64,000 nt of DNA from Candidatus Poribacteria bacterium (GTDB taxonomy: Bacteria; Poribacteria; WGA-4E; PCPOR2b), in NCBI GenBank assembly GCA_965198175.1, contig OZ240245.1, forward strand, positions 384,001-448,000. The letters run 5' to 3'. The notes under the pieces were generated by a model. The model worked only from the letters and a program-made list of their open reading frames with translations, was not told the DNA's origin and made no database searches. The position numbers and the translations under genes were made by a program. This document shows, in pieces, positions 59,911 to 64,000 of this stretch (position 1 is its first letter; each line of letters opens with the position of its first letter).

Positions 59911-60020
59911 AGGCATACACACGATTGCGAAGCAACGCTGACGGTCGCCCAGGTCATAGAGATCTGAAAAAAACGGTTCTTAATGCGTGAAGGCGTTGTT
60001 TCGGATGAAATCCATTGGCA
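59911..60020 (+). pseudogene. Relic of PhyH dioxygenase 5' end
   Basis: Aligns to 62074 onward (HDCEATLT..QV.E...FLM.EGVV.DEI) with ATG>AGG, TGT>TGA and a 1-nt deletion. Confidence 0.85.
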
Positions 60021-60045
60021 AACTGTTGTTAGGAGGCAAAAAACT

Positions 60046-60843
60046 ATGATTGTTCGTATTGTAACCAGATTTGCGATTGCATGTACGGGTTTAGTAGCCT
60101 TCAGTTGGATCTTCGCACCGTCAGTGTATGCGGAGATCGACCCAGATACTATTAGAGGATTGTGGCTGCTTGACAAAGGTAAGGGAAAGGAGGCCAAGGA
60201 TAGCTCGGGTAATGAACGTCACGGGACGTTCACCGGATCTCCCAAATGGAGAGAAGGTAAATTTGGCTTCAGCGTGGAGTTTCCAGGCGCGGGCGATACG
60301 GTCAAGATTGAAGGATTTGGTCAGGAATTTCCCGCAGAGGAAGTGACAATCACGTCGTGGGTGAAATTAGAGGGGTTCAAGAATCAAGACCTTTTTAGTC
60401 TAGAGCCGCTTGAGGTTGGCAACAAAGGTCGCGTCACAGTCCACTTTCCCTGGGATAACGGTGTTCACTGGCAGTTCGGATCGCCTTTTACGGGGGTTGA
60501 TCCAATTCCACTTGATAAATCAGCGGTAGGCAAATGGCAGCACTGGGCTTTTATTCATAGCGTTGCGGAAAACATGTTCCTTGTCTATCAGGATGGCGAG
60601 GAAGTGAAAAAAACGCCGAGGTCCAAGGCGTATGTTCCAGGTGCCGCAGATTTTCACATAGGCGGTAGACTGGGTTCTTCTTTTGAGGGATTCGTTGACG
60701 AAGTTGGACTGTTTGAGGCTGTCCTTAGCCAAGCTGACGTAAAAAGCATCATGGACAATGGCCTTGAGGCGCGCGTCTTTGCTGTTTCTCCAGCTAGCAA
60801 ACTTTCGACCTCCTGGGGTCGAATTAAAGAACTAAGAGAGTGA
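60046..60843 (+). CDS. Secreted LamG protein, paralog 3
   Basis: ATG 60046 after AGGAGG; tail AVSPASKLSTSWGRIK. Confidence 0.9.
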   Translation: MIVRIVTRFAIACTGLVAFSWIFAPSVYAEIDPDTIRGLWLLDKGKGKEAKDSSGNERHGTFTGSPKWREGKFGFSVEFPGAGDTVKIEGFGQEFPAEEVTITSWVKLEGFKNQDLFSLEPLEVGNKGRVTVHFPWDNGVHWQFGSPFTGVDPIPLDKSAVGKWQHWAFIHSVAENMFLVYQDGEEVKKTPRSKAYVPGAADFHIGGRLGSSFEGFVDEVGLFEAVLSQADVKSIMDNGLEARVFAVSPASKLSTSWGRIKELRE

Positions 60844-60920
60844 CCCCGGGCGTGCTACCGCAGGGGAATTGTCATATCTTTGTATTCACATTTGTCCTAC
60901 AATCCATGTGTGACTGGACT

Positions 60921-60947
60921 CTTGCGAAGGTTTAAAACCTTCGCAAG
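60921..60947. repeat. REP-like palindrome
   Basis: CTTGCGAAGGTT-TAA-AACCTTCGCAAG perfect 12-bp stem. Confidence 0.7.
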
Positions 60948-61071
60948 GGCAAAACCTCGCAAGCCTACTATTTTGTCCCTACATCTTCTGGGCACCTTTA
61001 ACTCAATCATGCGCAGCACTAACCGAGTGACCAATAGCTGGTGACATTGAGAAGATTAGAGATTAACCACA

Positions 61072-61135
61072 ATGCGAACGCACGATTGCGATGCAATGCT
61101 GACGGATGCGTAGGTCAGTATGAAATTAATCAGCA
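61072..61135 (+). pseudogene. Second relic of PhyH 5' end (internally deleted)
   Basis: ATG CGA ACG CAC GAT TGC GAT GCA ATG CTG ACG GAT GCG TAG GTC, then jumps to ATGAAATTAATCAGC. Confidence 0.8.
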
Positions 61136-61161
61136 AACGATTTTTGGGGGAGGCAATAACG

Positions 61162-61944
61162 ATGTTTGTTCGTATTCTAACAAGATTTTCGATTGCGTGT
61201 ATAAGTTTAGTAGCCTGCGGTTGGATCTTCGCACCATCAGCGTACGCGGAGATCGACCCAGATACCATTAGAGGGTTGTGGCTTCTTGACGAAGGTAAGG
61301 GGAAGGAGGCCAAGGATAGTTCAGACAATGAACTTCACGGGACGTTCACGGGAACGCCCAAATGGAGAGATGGCAAGTTCGGCAAGAGTTTGGAGTTTCC
61401 AGGAGGAGGCGATACGGTCAAGATTGAGGGATTTGCACAGGAATTTCCCGCGGAGGAAGTGACAATCACGTCGTGGGTGAAATTAGAGGGGTTCAAGAAT
61501 CAAGACCTTTTTAGTATGGAACCGCTTGAGCCTAGTCGTGTCACAGTCCACTTCCCTTGGGATAACGCTGTTCACTGGCAGTTCAGTAATACGGGGATTG
61601 CGCCCGTCGCGATTGGCGACGAGGTGAAAGGCAAATGGCAACATTGGGCTTTCATCCATAGTGTTGCGGATAACGTGATGCTTGTCTACCAGGATGGCGA
61701 GGAGGTACGTAGGACACCGGTCTCCAAGGCGTATGTTCCGCGGGCCGGAAGTTTTCACATAGGCGGTAGGCTGGGTTCTTCTTTCGAGGGATTCGTTGAC
61801 GAAGTTGGACTATTTGAAGCTGTCCTTAGCCAAGCTGACATAAAAAGCATCATGGAAAATGGTCTTGAAGCGCGTGTCTTTGCGGTTTCGCCAGCCAGCA
61901 AACTTGCGACCTCCTGGGGCAAAATCAAGGCACAAAGAGAGTGA
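61162..61944 (+). CDS. Secreted LamG protein, paralog 4
   Basis: ATG 61162 after GGAGG; tail AVSPASKLATSWGKIK. Confidence 0.9.
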   Translation: MFVRILTRFSIACISLVACGWIFAPSAYAEIDPDTIRGLWLLDEGKGKEAKDSSDNELHGTFTGTPKWRDGKFGKSLEFPGGGDTVKIEGFAQEFPAEEVTITSWVKLEGFKNQDLFSMEPLEPSRVTVHFPWDNAVHWQFSNTGIAPVAIGDEVKGKWQHWAFIHSVADNVMLVYQDGEEVRRTPVSKAYVPRAGSFHIGGRLGSSFEGFVDEVGLFEAVLSQADIKSIMENGLEARVFAVSPASKLATSWGKIKAQRE

Positions 61945-62073
61945 CCCAGAGACCACCTCGTTTTGCGCATTTTAACACCTGTTCTTGCGATTCATGCGCG
62001 GCTAAACCCTTCGCGGGACTAGCCGAGCGATCAATTGCGGGTTAGATTAGGAACACATTGGAGATCAACCACA

Positions 62074-62856
62074 ATGAAAACGCACGATTGCGAAGCAACG
62101 CTGACCGATTCGCAGGTCTTGGAATTCTGTAAAAATGGGTTCTTAATGTTTGAAGGCGTTGTTCCAGATGAAATTAATCAGCGAGTCTGTGAGTATTGCG
62201 ATGAACATGAGGGACAAGTGCCCGCGGGTGAAGATTGGTACATTGAGCATGTAACGCTCAATCCACAAGTGACTGGTGCGATACGATCCGTCTTGGGCAA
62301 GGATTTCCGTTATAATCTTTTCGCCGGCAATCATCGAGCCCAGTGTCCGGCCCACATGACCGGGGGGTGGCACAACGATGGGGGGTCTGTATACAAGCCC
62401 GATCTTGACTCGCTGCAGGTGTTCTACTATCCGCAGCATACCCCCGTCGAACTCGGGCCGACCGAAGTGGTTCCCGGTTCCCATTTTCTCGTCCATTTGC
62501 AACGCTGGATGGGACACTACACGGGCATCAAAGGAGCGGTCTCTACAGAAGCGCCCGCAGGCTCGATTTTTCTCACAATCTATTCTATCTGGCATCGGCG
62601 GAGCACCTCCACAGCGAGCGGCATCCGTAATCTGATTAAGTATTGGTATGTACGTACGTCGCCGCCGGAGCGAGATTGGGTTATCGAACCAGATTTTGAC
62701 CTCGTACGTCCCTATCATTTCCCACCGGGTCCAACCTTCCACAGGGAACATCATCACACAATCAATGACGCCGCTGAGATTTATTATTGGTTGTGCGGAA
62801 AGCACGGCGAATATCGCGGGCACACTAACAATTTACCCGTCTATTTCTCTAGATAG
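62074..62856 (+). CDS. Phytanoyl-CoA dioxygenase (PhyH) family 2OG-Fe(II) oxygenase
   Basis: FCKNGFL, WHNDG (HxD), GPTEVVPGSH, AGSIF, WHRR. Confidence 0.9.
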   Translation: MKTHDCEATLTDSQVLEFCKNGFLMFEGVVPDEINQRVCEYCDEHEGQVPAGEDWYIEHVTLNPQVTGAIRSVLGKDFRYNLFAGNHRAQCPAHMTGGWHNDGGSVYKPDLDSLQVFYYPQHTPVELGPTEVVPGSHFLVHLQRWMGHYTGIKGAVSTEAPAGSIFLTIYSIWHRRSTSTASGIRNLIKYWYVRTSPPERDWVIEPDFDLVRPYHFPPGPTFHREHHHTINDAAEIYYWLCGKHGEYRGHTNNLPVYFSR

Positions 62857-62870
62857 GGAGAGTAGCCACT

Positions 62871-63662
62871 TTGAACGCACATGACTGCGAACCGACGCTC
62901 ACCGATACGCAAGTTCTTGAGTTTTGTAGAAATGGGTTCTTAATGTTCGAAGGCGTCGTGCCGGATGAAATTAATCGACGGGTCTTTGACTATTGCGACG
63001 CACACGATGGCCACGTGCCAGCAGGCGAGGATTGGTATATTGAGAATGTGACGCTTAACCCACAAGCGGCTGGTGCGATACGGTCTCTTTTAGGCAAAAA
63101 CTTCCGTTGGTCAGGGGCGGGCAACCACCGCATCCGATGCCCGGTTCAAGAATTACACCAGCAATCGAACGGTTTGTGGCATAACGACGGAGGCTCCGTA
63201 TACACGCCGGAGATTGATTGCCTGCAAGTGTTTTATTACCCACAGGATACCCCGGTGGAGCTAGGTCCAACAGAGGTGGTGCCTAGTTCTCATTTTCTCC
63301 ACAGTTACCATTTCTGGATGGGGCATTATGGCAGGATTCGGAGTGCGGTTTCCACAGCAGCGCCGGCAGGCTCGATTTTTCTCACCATCTACCGCATTTG
63401 GCATCGGCGCAGTCCGTCCACAGCAAGCGGTATTCGCAATCTAATTAAGTATTCCTACATACGAACTGTACCGCCCGAGCACGATTGGATTATTGAGCCG
63501 GGGTTCGATCTTGCGCATACCTATCACGCGCCACCCGGTCCTCAGTTTCACCGGGAATACCACCGCACTATAAATGATGCCGCTGAGATTTACTTTTGGC
63601 TGTGTGGAAAACACGATCAGTATCGCGGCGCCCGCAATAATCTGCCCATCTATTACTCTTGA
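62871..63662 (+). CDS. PhyH family dioxygenase, paralog 2
   Basis: TTG start after GGGAG; WHNDG, GPTEVVPSSH, WHRR. Confidence 0.9.
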   Translation: MNAHDCEPTLTDTQVLEFCRNGFLMFEGVVPDEINRRVFDYCDAHDGHVPAGEDWYIENVTLNPQAAGAIRSLLGKNFRWSGAGNHRIRCPVQELHQQSNGLWHNDGGSVYTPEIDCLQVFYYPQDTPVELGPTEVVPSSHFLHSYHFWMGHYGRIRSAVSTAAPAGSIFLTIYRIWHRRSPSTASGIRNLIKYSYIRTVPPEHDWIIEPGFDLAHTYHAPPGPQFHREYHRTINDAAEIYFWLCGKHDQYRGARNNLPIYYS

Positions 63663-63877
63663 TGGAGTGGTAGCGATTAATGACGATTGAAGCAGGAGTA
63701 TCCAGCCCAAACTTATCTGGGATGCGGACACGGTAGAAGAGTAATTCATTGAATGGGCAGGTGGGGGTTTGCTGCGAGAAACATGAATTTGTGGCGGCTC
63801 AAAAAAATGAGAACGGATTGATGAATGTAGTAATGCGAGATAGCTTTTATCAAGAGAACTTATAGGGTAATTGATTG

Positions 63878-64000
63878 ATGAAAACTCATACCTGTGAACC
63901 TACGCTTACAGACACCCAAATATTGGAGATCTGTAGAGACGGCTTCAAAATGCTCAAGGGTGTTGTACCAGAAGATATTAATGAACGTACATTTGAGTTC
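63878..64000 (+). CDS. PhyH family dioxygenase, paralog 3 (runs off the right edge)
   Basis: MKTHTCEPTLTDTQILEICRDGFKMLKGVVPEDINERTFEF, homologous to the two upstream N-termini. Confidence 0.8.
   Translation, partial: MKTHTCEPTLTDTQILEICRDGFKMLKGVVPEDINERTFEF

Noticed and set aside
59983..60045. Longer N-terminus for LamG paralog 3
   Set aside because: Largely derived from the PhyH relic; the true start is 60046 after AGGAGG

Overview
Bacterial chromosomal window with about 45 CDS. I saw no rRNA, tRNA, CRISPR array, integrase or transposase. The gene content suggests Candidatus Poribacteria (inference): arrays of secreted LamG and TolB-like proteins ending in an AVxPxxKxxxxWGxIK tail, tandem PhyH dioxygenases, and an NHL protein. 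Housekeeping genes include uvrB, tpiA-secG, pepP, a class A PBP, an acyl-CoA ligase, a ferredoxin and an M16 peptidase pair. Most notable: (1) a translationally coupled DUF488-DUF488-(dual-OB::RecQ) operon; (2) a cold-shock domain fused to two Hfq/Sm-like domains; (3) mlaE-mlaF-mlaD directly upstream of serine palmitoyltransferase and a ceramide-synthase-like GNAT, a probable sphingolipid synthesis and transport cluster; (4) seven secreted proteins of two unrelated folds sharing one C-terminal motif, a candidate sorting signal; (5) visible duplication history, including mosaic LamG paralogs with PhyH relics in their spacers and a ~540-bp tandem duplication with near-identical coding parts but strongly diverged promoters. 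All family calls come from motif recognition by eye; no database searches were run.
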